From Acidimicrobiales bacterium (GTDB lineage Bacteria; Actinomycetota; Acidimicrobiia; Acidimicrobiales; JAUJNH01): 64,000 nt of DNA. The notes under the pieces are model-generated. The model was not told where the DNA came from and did no database searches. It saw nothing but the letters and a program-made list of their open reading frames with translations. A program made the translations under genes and the position numbers. The stretch spans positions 53,588 to 117,587 of the forward strand of contig JAUJNH010000008.1 of NCBI GenBank assembly GCA_030448245.1, given 5' to 3'. Positions 20,427 to 29,997 of this stretch are shown one piece after another (position 1 is the first letter of the stretch; each line of letters begins with the position of its first letter).

Positions 20427-21253
20427 TAGCCGCTGGCCCGGTGTCGGATCGGGTCCGCCATGCGGGCTGCACCGGCACCGAGCGGCGGCGACCCGCGGGT
20501 CGGTGCCAACCGGTCGGCCACGGCCACGCCCTCGTGGCCGGGCAGCCAGAGGCGCACCGAGCGCTCGCGGCCGGCGGCGCCCCGGCCGGTGGCCGCCACC
20601 ACGACCTCTCGGGCCTGGAGGAAGCCGTGGCCCGCCTCGACGCCGTGCCACGCCGCGGCCACCACCCGCAGCCGCAGGTCGGCCCCCTCCACCCACGAGG
20701 CACCCGCCGGGAGCAGGGGGACCAGCACGCTGCCCCGCTCCCGAGCCCGGGCCGCCAGCTTGCGGGCATCGGGGGCCCGCAGGCCAGGCGGCACCGCCGC
20801 CACCACCAGGTCGACCCCGTCGAGCAGGGCGGCCACCACCGTCGGCCAGTGGCCCAGGGTGGCGGCATCGGGGACGAAGGCCAGCCGCTCGAGCGCCACA
20901 CCGAGGTGGGCGGCCGCCGGGGCGTGGGCCGCAGGCAGGCCCACGACGGCAGCCCACGAGCCGGCCTGGGTGGCCGCGGCCACCAGGGCATAGGCCAGGC
21001 TGGTGGCCCCCAGCCCCCGCTCCCCCGCCACCGTGGCGGTGGCCCCCCGCCGCAGCCCAGGCTCCCCCCGCTCCGACGGGCCGCTCGGGCCGAGGAGCCC
21101 GGCCAGGGCAGGCAGGACGGGGACGGTGCGGTCGCGGGCCAGCCTGGAGGGCGCCAGCCGCTCGGCCAGCGCCCGCAGGTCGGCAGCCTGACCGTCTGAG
21201 CCGCGACGATCCCCTCCAGGGTCGCCGACGGGGCGGGCGAGGGCCACGACCAT
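20426..21253 (-). CDS. imuA: ImuA'-like RecA-fold protein
   Basis: PVLPALAGLL..GLRRGATATV..GATSLAYALVAAATQAGSWAAVVG..LLDGVDLVV..LAARARERGSVL. Confidence 0.88.
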   Translation of the reverse strand: MVVALARPVGDPGGDRRGSDGQAADLRALAERLAPSRLARDRTVPVLPALAGLLGPSGPSERGEPGLRRGATATVAGERGLGATSLAYALVAAATQAGSWAAVVGLPAAHAPAAAHLGVALERLAFVPDAATLGHWPTVVAALLDGVDLVVAAVPPGLRAPDARKLAARARERGSVLVPLLPAGASWVEGADLRLRVVAAAWHGVEAGHGFLQAREVVVAATGRGAAGRERSVRLWLPGHEGVAVADRLAPTRGSPPLGAGAARMADPIRHRASG

Positions 21254-21260
21254 GACCCTC

Positions 21261-21281
21261 ATTGTAGCGAACAGGTGTTCG
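21261..21281 (-). promoter_or_regulatory. LexA (SOS) box and -10 element of imuA-imuB
   Basis: CGAACAGGTGTTCG (21268-21281); TACAAT -10 at 21261-21266, 7 nt before ATG 21253 (leaderless). Confidence 0.92.
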
Positions 21282-21325
21282 AGGTTCAGCGGAAGGGGAA
21301 ACGCACCAGCCGGGGCGGACCCGCC

Positions 21326-21766
21326 TCAGCCCTTGACGGCGGCGACCAGCGCCTCCAGCACCCCTGTCGGATCGTGGAGCACCACGAACCCGTCCCCGAC
21401 CACTCGAGCCGTTCCGCCGTCCACAGGGTCCACCGCGGCCCAGGCGAGGTCGGCGACGCCGAGCTCGACCTCGAGCCCCGACACTCGGCGGACCCGGACC
21501 TCCGTCAGCAGATCGCCCCACTCCTGCTGGCGGACGACGCGCGCACCATCGCCGACGGCAGCCAGGAACCAGCCGTGATCCTGCACCAGCGCCGGCCGGC
21601 AGCCCGTGACGACGATCAGGTCCAGGTCGGACCCCATGGTCGGCCGGCCCGCGGCCCACGACCCGCACAGGCCGAGCGCTGCGACGGCGGGCATCGCCCG
21701 GACGAGGCCGACGACGACCTCCGTCAGCTCCTCGACCTCCGCTCGGCGCTCAGCCGTCACGTCCAC
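21326..21766 (-). CDS. Nucleotidyltransferase-domain protein (pol-beta superfamily)
   Basis: GLCGSWAAGRPTMGSDLDLIVV; QEWG, GLEVELG, DGGTARVVGDG. Confidence 0.85.
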   Translation of the reverse strand: MDVTAERRAEVEELTEVVVGLVRAMPAVAALGLCGSWAAGRPTMGSDLDLIVVTGCRPALVQDHGWFLAAVGDGARVVRQQEWGDLLTEVRVRRVSGLEVELGVADLAWAAVDPVDGGTARVVGDGFVVLHDPTGVLEALVAAVKG

Positions 21767-21768
21767 GT

Positions 21769-23037
21769 TCAGGCCGTCGTCATCGCCGCCTCGGTCGCCA
21801 CGTCGGCCTCCGTCGGGACAGCCGGGACCGACGCCCGTCGACCGGCCACGGCCGCCGGCAGCAGGGCCACGGCCACCGCCGCCGCGGCCATCAGGCCCCC
21901 GCCCCCGAGAGCGGCCTGGGCGCCGAAGCGCTGCACCACCCAGCCCACCAGCGGCGCCCCGATCGGCATGGAGCCGAGGAAGACCAGGGTGTAGAGGGCC
22001 ATCACCCGTCCTCGCAGCTCGCCCGCGGCCACCAGCTGGATGCGGGCGTTGGCGGTGGCGAAGAAGGCGATGCTGGTCCCGCCGGCCAGGGCGAGCAGCG
22101 GGAAGACCAGGACCAGCGACGTGGTCGACGCGGCCGCCGCCAGCAGCACGCCCGAGACGAGGCCCGTCACGAGGAGCACCCGGTCGCTCGGCTGGCGCCG
22201 CCCGGCCACGACCAGGGCACCCACCACCGACCCGGCGGCCATCGCGGCCGTCAGCGCCGAGAACAGGCTCGACCCGCCGCCGTAGGAGCGCTCGGCCAGC
22301 GCCGGCAGGATCACCGGGAAGTTGAACGAGAAGAAGGCGACCGCGCCGACCAGGAGGAGCGTGCGCCGCAGCACCGGCTGGCCCCAGGCGTAGCGCAGGC
22401 CCTGCCGGACCTGGCCCCGGCGTGCCTTCTCACGGGCAGACGGCCGCAGCTCGTCGAGCCGCATGCGCCGGTAGGCCCCGATCACCGCCACGAAGGACAC
22501 CGAGTTGGCCACGAAGCACCAGCCGGCGCCGACCAGGGCGAGCAGGCCGGCGGCCACGGCCGGGCCCAGGATCCGGCTGGCGTTGAACAGGGCCGAGTTG
22601 AGCCCGATGGCGTTGGGCAGCTGCTCGGGTCCCACCAGCTCGTTGACGAACGCCTGGCGGGTGGGCATCTCGACGGCACTGCCCAGCCCGGAGGCAAAGG
22701 CGAGGACGCACAGCTGCCACACCCGGGGCGTCCCGAAGAGGGTGGCCGCGGCCAGGAGCGCGGCCACGACGGCCGAGAAGGCGTTCGCGGCGATCAGCAG
22801 CCGGCGCTTGTCGAACCGGTCGGCCAGCAGCCCGCCCCACGGCGCGAACAGCATGGGGAGCAGCGACAGACCGGTGACGGCACCGAGGGCCACCGCTGAG
22901 TCGGTGATGCGGTAGACCACCCAGCTGAGCGCCACCATCTGGCACGCCGTCCCCGACAGCGAGACCAGCTGACCTGCGTAGAACAGCCGGTAGTTGCGCG
23001 TTCGGAACGACCGGAAGGTGCGGGAGATGGTCGGCAT
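21769..23037 (-). CDS. MFS transporter
   Basis: RNYRLFYAGQLVSLSG, GGLLADRFDKRRLL, ~12 TM segments, LRGRVMALY. Confidence 0.93.
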   Translation of the reverse strand: MPTISRTFRSFRTRNYRLFYAGQLVSLSGTACQMVALSWVVYRITDSAVALGAVTGLSLLPMLFAPWGGLLADRFDKRRLLIAANAFSAVVAALLAAATLFGTPRVWQLCVLAFASGLGSAVEMPTRQAFVNELVGPEQLPNAIGLNSALFNASRILGPAVAAGLLALVGAGWCFVANSVSFVAVIGAYRRMRLDELRPSAREKARRGQVRQGLRYAWGQPVLRRTLLLVGAVAFFSFNFPVILPALAERSYGGGSSLFSALTAAMAAGSVVGALVVAGRRQPSDRVLLVTGLVSGVLLAAAASTTSLVLVFPLLALAGGTSIAFFATANARIQLVAAGELRGRVMALYTLVFLGSMPIGAPLVGWVVQRFGAQAALGGGGLMAAAAVAVALLPAAVAGRRASVPAVPTEADVATEAAMTTA

Positions 23038-23080
23038 GGTCGCTCTGGGTCAACTGCTTAGCACGCCGAAGTGTTCCGGG

Positions 23081-24346
23081 CTAGGGGAATATGCCCCGGG
23101 CTGCGATCGCCGCCGCTACCCGCTCCACCGCGACGGCGAAGGCGGCCCGACGGAGGCTGACCTCGAGTTGGGCTGCCCGGGCCCACACGTCGACGCTGGC
23201 CACCTCCATCGACCGGCGGAGGCGGGCGGCCAGGACGTCCTCCTCCCACTGCATCCCCTGGCGGCTCTGGGCCCACTCGAAGTAGGACGCGGTGACGCCG
23301 CCGGCATTGGCCAGGATGTCGGGCACCACGTGGATCCCCCGGTCCTCGAGCACGTGGTCGGCGTCCGGCGTGGTGGGGCCGTTGGCCGCCTCCACCACCA
23401 CCCGGGCGGCCAGCCGGCCCGCCACCCCCACGTCGAGGGCGCCGGCCAGGGCAGCGGGCACGCACAGCTCGGCCGGTACCTCCCAGATCTCGTCGGGCTT
23501 GATGACGTCGCCGCCGTCGAAGCCGGCCACGGTGCCGGCGGCCGCCACGTGGTCGGCCAGCGCCGCTGGGTCGAGGCCGCCCTGGTTGTAGGTGGCGCCG
23601 TCCACATCGGAGATGGCCACCACCCGCATGCCGGCCGACGCCAGCAGGAAGGCCAGCGGCCCGCCCACCTTGCCGAAGCCCTGCACCACGGCCCGCCCGC
23701 CGACGAGGTCGAGCCCCAGCTCCTTGAACGCGGCCCGGGCGCAGACCAGCACCCCGGTCGAGGTGGCGCCGCTGTGGCCCTTGGTCCCCCCGACCGAGAG
23801 GGGCTTGCCGGTGACCGACGTGGCCACATCGGTGCCCTTCAGCATCGAGAGCGTGTCGAGCAGCCACGCCATGACTCGGCCGTCGGTGTTGACGTCGGGC
23901 GCCGGGATGTCCAGGTCGGGCCCCAGCAGCGGGGCGATCTCGACGGTGTAGCGGCGGGTGAGTCGCTCCAGCTCGCCCAGCGACAGTGCCCGCGGATCAC
24001 AGCGGACGCCACCCTTGGCCCCACCGAAGGGCAGGCCGGCCACGGCCGTCTTCAGCGTCATGCCGGCAGCCAGGGCGCTGACCTCCCGGGCGTTCACCCC
24101 CGGGTGGAAGCGGATGCCGCCCTTGCCCGGGCCCCGCGTCGTGTCGTGGTGCACCCGCCACCCGGTGAACACCTCCAGGTGGCCGTCGTCCATCCGCACC
24201 GGCACGGCCACCTCGAGCACCCGCTTGGGGATCCGCAGCTTGCGGTGGATGTCGGGATCGATCCCGGTCAGCTTGGCCGCGTCGTCGAGGCGCTCGAGGA
24301 CGGCGTCCCAGGCGTCCTTGGCCTCTCCGGCGGCTGGATCGGCCAC
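23081..24346 (-). CDS. gdhA: Glu/Leu/Phe/Val dehydrogenase, probably glutamate dehydrogenase
   Basis: RGPGKGGIRFHP, PFGGAKGG, DIPAPDVNT, VQGFGKVG, EAANGPTT, PDILANAGGVTASYFEW. Confidence 0.93.
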   Translation of the reverse strand: MADPAAGEAKDAWDAVLERLDDAAKLTGIDPDIHRKLRIPKRVLEVAVPVRMDDGHLEVFTGWRVHHDTTRGPGKGGIRFHPGVNAREVSALAAGMTLKTAVAGLPFGGAKGGVRCDPRALSLGELERLTRRYTVEIAPLLGPDLDIPAPDVNTDGRVMAWLLDTLSMLKGTDVATSVTGKPLSVGGTKGHSGATSTGVLVCARAAFKELGLDLVGGRAVVQGFGKVGGPLAFLLASAGMRVVAISDVDGATYNQGGLDPAALADHVAAAGTVAGFDGGDVIKPDEIWEVPAELCVPAALAGALDVGVAGRLAARVVVEAANGPTTPDADHVLEDRGIHVVPDILANAGGVTASYFEWAQSRQGMQWEEDVLAARLRRSMEVASVDVWARAAQLEVSLRRAAFAVAVERVAAAIAARGIFP

Positions 24347-24378
24347 GTGCAGAGGCTAGCGGCCGACTGCGCGCTCCC

Positions 24379-24690
24379 TCAGCCGAACTTCTTGGGCTCC
24401 ACGCCCTCGACGTAGTGGGTGAACAGGCCGCGGACGACGTCGAGCATCCCCTCGCTGGTGCGGAAGTCATCGAGCTCGACGGTGATCTGGTTGCCGTAGA
24501 CGTGGACCGCCTTGACGCCCCCGTGCTCGAACAGCCGGCGGGCCAGCACGTCGGGAGGCCGCGAGCCCGAGCAGTCCTCGAGCGAGGCGTACCGCTCGTG
24601 GCCCATGCCGGTCAACGGCCGGTTCACCTCGAACCGGGCCACGCCCGACCGGCCGGTCGGCCTCTCGGTGACGGTCACGGACTGGCCCAT
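24379..24690 (-). CDS. Nfu/NifU N-terminal-like small protein
   Basis: RFEVNRPLTGMGHERY..LARRLFEHGGVKAVHVYGNQITVE. Confidence 0.7.
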   Translation of the reverse strand: MGQSVTVTERPTGRSGVARFEVNRPLTGMGHERYASLEDCSGSRPPDVLARRLFEHGGVKAVHVYGNQITVELDDFRTSEGMLDVVRGLFTHYVEGVEPKKFG

Positions 24691-24729
24691 GGAGGAAATG
24701 AACCTAGACGGTCGGTACGCTGAGCCGCC

Positions 24730-26013
24730 ATGCCGGCAGCCGCCAGGTACTCACGAGACCGGGTGCCCTGGCGCACGATCCTCGCCGTGCTGTTCGTCGT
24801 GCTCGCCTCGGCGTTCGCCGTGGTCACGCTGCAGCGCCTCGGCCGGATCATCACGTGGTTCGTGGTGGCCGCCTTCTTCGCCGCCATCCTCACGCCCGCC
24901 GTCGACCTCCTGCACCACCGGGCCCGGCTGCCCCGGGTGCTGGCCACCCTCATCGTCTTCCTGGTCGGCATCGCGGCCATGGCCGGGATGCTGTACGCCT
25001 TCATCCGGCCACTGGTCGACCAGGCCTACGAGTTCGCCGACAACCTCCCCAGCTACGTCGAGGAGGCCAAGGCAGGCCGGGGCCCCGCCGGCGACCTGGT
25101 CACCCGCTACGAGCTCGACACCTACCTCGAGCGCAACCAGGAGAAGCTGCGGGAGACCGTGACCGGGGCCGGCGGCCCGGTCGCCGAGCTCGCCTCTGGC
25201 ATCTTCAGCACGCTGGCCGCCGTCGTCACCATCCTCGTGCTGATCTTCCTGCTGCTCCTCGAGGGACCGAAGGTCATCGCCGGGCTCCTCCAGCTCATCC
25301 CCCCACGGCACCGGGAACGGGTGCGGCGGGTCGCCCGCGACAGCAACCGGGCCATCACCGGCTACATGTTCGGCAACCTGGCCATCAGCGTCATCGCCGG
25401 CGTGGCCACCTACCTGGTGCTGTGGGCCCTGGGCGTGCCCTTTCGGGGTGTCCTGGCCCTGTGGGTGGCGTTCGCCGACCTGATCCCGCTGGTGGGAGCC
25501 ACGCTCGGCGCCGTCGTCGCCACCGGTGTCGCCTTCCTCGACTCGCCCCGAACCGGCGTCATCGTCCTGATCTTCTTCATCATCTACCAGCAGTTCGAGA
25601 ACCACGTGCTCCAGGTGTCGATCATGAGCCGCACCGTCGACCTCAACCCGCTGGCCGTGCTGGCCAGCGTCCTTGTCGGCGTCGAGCTGTTCGGAATCCT
25701 CGGCGCCCTGCTCGCCATCCCCGCCGGCGGCGTGCTGCAGGTCATCTGCCGCGACATCTACGACACCAACCTCGGCATGCTGAAGGAAGAGCCGACGGTG
25801 GGCGTCGACGAAGTGCCCATCTCGGAGGTGCAGCAGGAGGAGGCCGCCGAGGAGGCCAAGGCCGCCGTCGAAGGCAGCGACCGCCCGGAGCAGCCCTTGC
25901 AGCCCGAGGGGGAGCGGCCCCAGCTCGGGCCGGTCCCCACGCCTCCCGTGCTCGGGCCGCTCAGCCCTCCCGTGGCGGGCCCGCCGGCACCCGGCCCGGC
26001 CGCCGGGACGTGA
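24730..26013 (+). CDS. AI-2E family transporter
   Basis: LIPLVGA, YQQFENHVLQ..MSRTVDLNP, GILGALLAIP. Confidence 0.92.
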   Translation: MPAAARYSRDRVPWRTILAVLFVVLASAFAVVTLQRLGRIITWFVVAAFFAAILTPAVDLLHHRARLPRVLATLIVFLVGIAAMAGMLYAFIRPLVDQAYEFADNLPSYVEEAKAGRGPAGDLVTRYELDTYLERNQEKLRETVTGAGGPVAELASGIFSTLAAVVTILVLIFLLLLEGPKVIAGLLQLIPPRHRERVRRVARDSNRAITGYMFGNLAISVIAGVATYLVLWALGVPFRGVLALWVAFADLIPLVGATLGAVVATGVAFLDSPRTGVIVLIFFIIYQQFENHVLQVSIMSRTVDLNPLAVLASVLVGVELFGILGALLAIPAGGVLQVICRDIYDTNLGMLKEEPTVGVDEVPISEVQQEEAAEEAKAAVEGSDRPEQPLQPEGERPQLGPVPTPPVLGPLSPPVAGPPAPGPAAGT

Positions 26014-26264
26014 CGCCGGCTCGGGCCACGCTCGAGCTCGAAGGCCACATCATCGACTCGCTCCTGCTGGCCAAGGTGCTCGACCAGATCCTCGACGGCG
26101 GCGCCGACTACGACATCGTCGACGTCCTCATCGGCCGCGCCCGGCACGACCACAGCCGGGCCATCCTCGCCGTCACCCACCCCGAGGGAGCCGAGGCCCT
26201 CGACCAGCTGTGCTCGCGCCTCGCCGCCCACGGCGTGCGACGGGTGGACGGCGCCGGTGGGTGA
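26010..26264 (+). CDS. Stand-alone N-terminal domain of LOR/SDH (TIGR00300, ornithine cyclodeaminase-like) family
   Basis: VTPARATLELEGHIIDSLLLAKVLDQILDGGADYDIVDVLIGR; coupled to both neighbours. Confidence 0.75.
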   Translation: MTPARATLELEGHIIDSLLLAKVLDQILDGGADYDIVDVLIGRARHDHSRAILAVTHPEGAEALDQLCSRLAAHGVRRVDGAGG

Positions 26265-27072
26265 AGCGCTGCCCTGGGGGCGCCGCTTCCTGCTCTGCCC
26301 GCCGACCCACTTCGCCGTCGCCTACGAGATCAACCCCTGGATGTCCACCCAGGTCGTCGTCGACCGGGACCGGGCCCAGGTCCAGTGGGAGGGGCTCAAG
26401 GCCGCGCTCGAGCAGGCGGGGGCCACCGTCGAGGTGCAGCCGCCGCACCCGTCCGTGCCCGACCTGGTGTTCACGGCCAACGCCGGCATCGCCTGGCGCC
26501 AGGCCTTCGTCCCCTCGCACTTCCGCCACCCCGAGCGCCAGCCCGAAACGGCCCTCGACATCGCCTGGTTCGAGGCGGCCGGCTACGAGGTGCGCCGGCT
26601 CAGCGCCGACGTGGGCCACGAAGGGGCCGGCGACGCCCTCCCCTTCGGCGGCGTCCTGGTCTCGGCCTACCGGTTCCGCAGTGACGCCACCGCGCACACC
26701 CAGCTGTCCAGGCTGCTCGACGTCCCCGTCCGCTCGATCGAGCTGGTCGACCCCCGCTACTACCACCTCGACATCACGTTCTGCCCCCTCGACTCGACCA
26801 GGGCGATGCTGTGGCCCGGTGCCTGGGACTCCTACGGCCGCACCGTCATTGAGGCGCTCGTGCCCGAGCCGCTGGTCCTCGAGGCCGACGAGGCCTCCGC
26901 CTTTGTCGCCAACTCGGTGGTCGTCGGCCGGACCGTGCTGATGCCCAGCTGCCCGCCCCGGGTCGGCCGCCAGCTCGAGGCCTGGGGCCTCACCCCGGTC
27001 GAGGTCGACGTCGGCGAGTTCCTCAAGGCCGGTGGCGGCTGCCGCTGCCTGACCCTCGCCCTGGACATGTAG
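26257..27072 (+). CDS. Amidinotransferase/guanidino-modifying hydrolase (ArgZ/DDAH-like)
   Basis: YEINPWM, PDLVFTANAG, FRHPERQPE, EGAGD, YHLDITFCPL, EFLKAGGGCRCLTL. Confidence 0.9.
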   Translation: MGEALPWGRRFLLCPPTHFAVAYEINPWMSTQVVVDRDRAQVQWEGLKAALEQAGATVEVQPPHPSVPDLVFTANAGIAWRQAFVPSHFRHPERQPETALDIAWFEAAGYEVRRLSADVGHEGAGDALPFGGVLVSAYRFRSDATAHTQLSRLLDVPVRSIELVDPRYYHLDITFCPLDSTRAMLWPGAWDSYGRTVIEALVPEPLVLEADEASAFVANSVVVGRTVLMPSCPPRVGRQLEAWGLTPVEVDVGEFLKAGGGCRCLTLALDM

Positions 27073-27105
27073 CGGGGTTCTCCCCCACCCGAGCGGCGGT
27101 CCTGC

Positions 27106-28247
27106 TCAGCGGGACAGGGTGAACCGAGCTCTCCCGACCGGCACACCGTCGATCACGATGCTCACCTCGTAGGTGCCCGCCCCCAGGCTGCGGCGGCGAG
27201 GTTGTAGTGGTAGGTGCAGTCCTCACGGCGGAAGGACGACCCGGTGTCGGATGGCGAGGTGTAGACCGCCTCGTCGAACACCACGGCGCCGCTGTCGCTG
27301 ATGCGGCTGACGGCGATCTGGGCCGGAGGCAGGCTGCAGGTGACGCTCCCACCTTCGAAGAGGGCGAACTTCACCGGGACGACTCCACGCTTCTTCGAGA
27401 ACACGCTCGATCCGTCGGGGTCGATCGGTTGCTGGACCTGGGCCACCAGGTCGTCGGCCGGGGTGACGGTGATGGTGGCCGTGGCGGTGCCGGTGGCTCC
27501 GGCCGGGTCGGCGACGGTGTAGGTGAAGGTGTCGGTGCCGGCGAAGTCGCGGTTGGGGGTGTAGGTGAACGACCCGTCGGTGTTGACGGTGACCGTCCCG
27601 TTGGCCGGACCGGCCGCCACTGCTGTGGTCAGGCCGTCGCCATCGGCGTCGGTGTCGTTGACCAGCAAGCCAGGGGAAGCCTGGACCAGCGGCGTGTCCT
27701 CCACGGTCACATAGGCGTCGTCTTGGGCCACGGGGGCGTTGTTGACGACCTCGGCGACGTGTGAAGCGGGTGAACCGAACGCCGCCTGACCGCCTCCGTA
27801 GGTGGCCGACGCAGAGAAGGAGATGATGGCCCCGGGCTCCACTTCGGGCGGCCCGTTCACCGTGACCTGCCGGATGAAGGTCGGCGTAGCCCCTGTAATC
27901 AACGTGAAGGACTCCGACGGGATGGTTGAAGCCGCCGCGTCGTCGGTCGTCTTCGGCGGGACCGGCGCGCTGACCCTGATGTCGTTGAGCGCTCTCCCGC
28001 TCACGTTCTGCAACGTGACCGCGTACCGGATGGCGTCACCCGAGCCGACCTGACACGGCGTCCCGCACGGCGTCGCCACCCCACCCCGCACCCGCTCCGC
28101 TGAGACCGACAACACCAAGGACTCGCCCGCAGCCTCGGCTGTGGCCTCCATTCCGAGCACCAACATCGCCACCATCACCAGCGCCATCGCGGCTCGAAGG
28201 ACCATCCAGCCCCGACGGCCTTCCGCCCGCACCTCAGCTGATCTCAT
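27106..28247 (-). CDS. Secreted protein with DUF11-like, cadherin/Ig-like and PxKF domains (frameshift ~27190)
   Basis: Signal peptide; [40 protein letters not shown]; VVPVKFAL; shifted frame ends [23 protein letters not shown]. Confidence 0.8.
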
Positions 28248-28578
28248 GGCTCCTCCGGAGGCTGCTCGACCCCATCGCGGGGACCGTACGCCTCCGGTTG
28301 TCCCGCCTACGAGGGGCTGGTGTCCCTTTCTGGGCGGGACATCATGCTGGACAAGCCACGGGACTCAGATCAGCTCGGTGAGACCCCTGGGTCTTGCGCA
28401 GGCTCGCTGGGTCGGGTTCTCAGGCCGCAACGGCTTGCGGATGGGCACCGTCGTGGGCGGTCTCGAATCGGCGGTTGTGAGGTCCTCGGGTCCTGACGGG
28501 TCAGGTCCGGCTGAGCCTTGCCGGGCCGCCGGACACGTTGGTCCCGCCGGGGCCGCCGGAGCCGATGGCCCTGCCGCG

Positions 28579-29622
28579 CTACCCCTTGTCCGCTGGCTTG
28601 GCCTCCGTCGGCGCGTCGGCCACCGCTCGGGGCGGAGCGCTGTCTTCGGCTGGAACCGGTCCGGCTGAGGTCACGTCGTCGGGTTGGTCGCTCCCGGCTT
28701 CGAGGCTCGCCTCGGCGGGCGGACCGGTCGGGTCTCCGGCTGGCGGGTTCTTCGTGGCGTCGAGCGCCGCTGCTCGTTCGGCGCGGGCGGTGGCTTCGGC
28801 TTCCAGCTCCTGGGCGGTCAGGGCCGCCTCGTCCCGGCGGCCCAGGAGGAAGAAGGCGACCAGGGCCAGGAGGCCGACGGCCGGGGCCACCAGCTCGTTG
28901 ACCCGGAAGCCGCCGACCTGGGTGGCCTCGTCGATCCGGAGGGTCTCGATGACCCAGCGGCCGGCGGTGTAAAGGGCCACGTAGAGAGCGAACAGCTGGC
29001 CCGGCTTCAGGCGCCGGCGGCGCTCGAGGGCCAGCAGGAAGCCGGCCACCGCGAGGCACCACAGGGACTCGTAGAGGAAGGTGGGGTGGAAGGTCTCGAA
29101 GCCCTCGAACCCCTCCGGCCGGTTGTCCGGGTCGATGCGCAGGCCCCACGGCAGCTCGGTCGGCCGGCCGAAGAGCTCCTGGTTGAACCAGTTGCCGAAG
29201 CGGCCGATGGCCTGGGCGATCGGGATGGCCGGGGCGGCCACATCAAGCAGGCGGACGGCCCGGGCCCCCCGCCTGGCGGCCACGATGCAGCCGACGGCCG
29301 TGCCGAGGGCCACGCCGCCCCAGATGCCGAGGCCACCCTCCCAGATCCGCAGGATGCGCAGCGGTTCGTCGGCGAAGCTGGGATCGCCGCGGTTCCAGTC
29401 GGTGGCCACGTGGTACAGGCGGGCGCCGATCACGCCGGCCGGCACGGCCCACCAGGCGATGGACTCGACCAGGCCGGGCGGGCCGCCCCGGCGGTCCTGA
29501 CGTGACGAGGCGAGCCGGATGGCGATCAGCGCGCCGAGGGCGATGCACAGGCCGTACGCCCGGAGCGACAGCGGCCCCAGCTCGAGGACGCCGGACGACG
29601 GGCTGGGGAGCGAGGCGATCAC
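28579..29622 (-). CDS. lgt: Prolipoprotein diacylglyceryl transferase
   Basis: GARLYHV, IWEGGLGIWGG, QAIGRFGNWFNQELFG, FHPTFLYESLW. Confidence 0.96.
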   Translation of the reverse strand: MIASLPSPSSGVLELGPLSLRAYGLCIALGALIAIRLASSRQDRRGGPPGLVESIAWWAVPAGVIGARLYHVATDWNRGDPSFADEPLRILRIWEGGLGIWGGVALGTAVGCIVAARRGARAVRLLDVAAPAIPIAQAIGRFGNWFNQELFGRPTELPWGLRIDPDNRPEGFEGFETFHPTFLYESLWCLAVAGFLLALERRRRLKPGQLFALYVALYTAGRWVIETLRIDEATQVGGFRVNELVAPAVGLLALVAFFLLGRRDEAALTAQELEAEATARAERAAALDATKNPPAGDPTGPPAEASLEAGSDQPDDVTSAGPVPAEDSAPPRAVADAPTEAKPADKG

Positions 29623-29686
29623 CGGCCCGGCACCCTAGGGCGGCGATCTGCGGCGACCTGGGCGGCCGTGGGGTCCGGGCCGGCGG

Positions 29687-29926
29687 TCAGGCGTCGACCT
29701 GGTCCCGGTCCTGCGCCGGGGCCCGGCTCCGCCGGTTGCGCTGCACCACGATCAGGGCGGCGACCGCGAACGCGACCGACACCACGGCCAGCGCCGAGTG
29801 CACCACCTTGAAGGGCACGTCACGGGCCTCGTCACGCCAGATGTTCCAGATGCGGGTGACCCACACGTAGATCGTCCACCCCGAGAAGGCACGGAGGAGG
29901 AGCGCCTCGTTCCTGGTCAGCTGCAC
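29687..29926 (-). CDS. Small 2-TM membrane protein (SCO4848-like)
   Basis: WTIYVWVTRIWNIWRD..FKVVHSALAVVS; TAGGTT -10 six nt before GTG. Confidence 0.8.
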   Translation of the reverse strand: MQLTRNEALLLRAFSGWTIYVWVTRIWNIWRDEARDVPFKVVHSALAVVSVAFAVAALIVVQRNRRSRAPAQDRDQVDA

Positions 29927-29997
29927 CGCCCGAACCTACCTGTCGCGCCTGCCGAGGGTGTAGCAAGGACGGCGAGCACGGAGCCGGGGGTGCAGGA

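Noticed and set aside
21326-21766. Nucleotidyltransferase as part of an MNT-HEPN toxin-antitoxin or CBASS system
   Set aside because: No adjacent HEPN or effector gene; it sits behind an MFS transporter
28290-28480. Possible c-di-GMP-I riboswitch or structured leader upstream of the Ig-domain gene
   Set aside because: Only a partial AAGCCACGGGAC match, on the strand pointing away from the gene, with no GGCAAA/GNRA P2 stem; the TGTCCCGCC/GGCGGGACA inverted repeats alone are insufficient (an Rfam scan would settle it)
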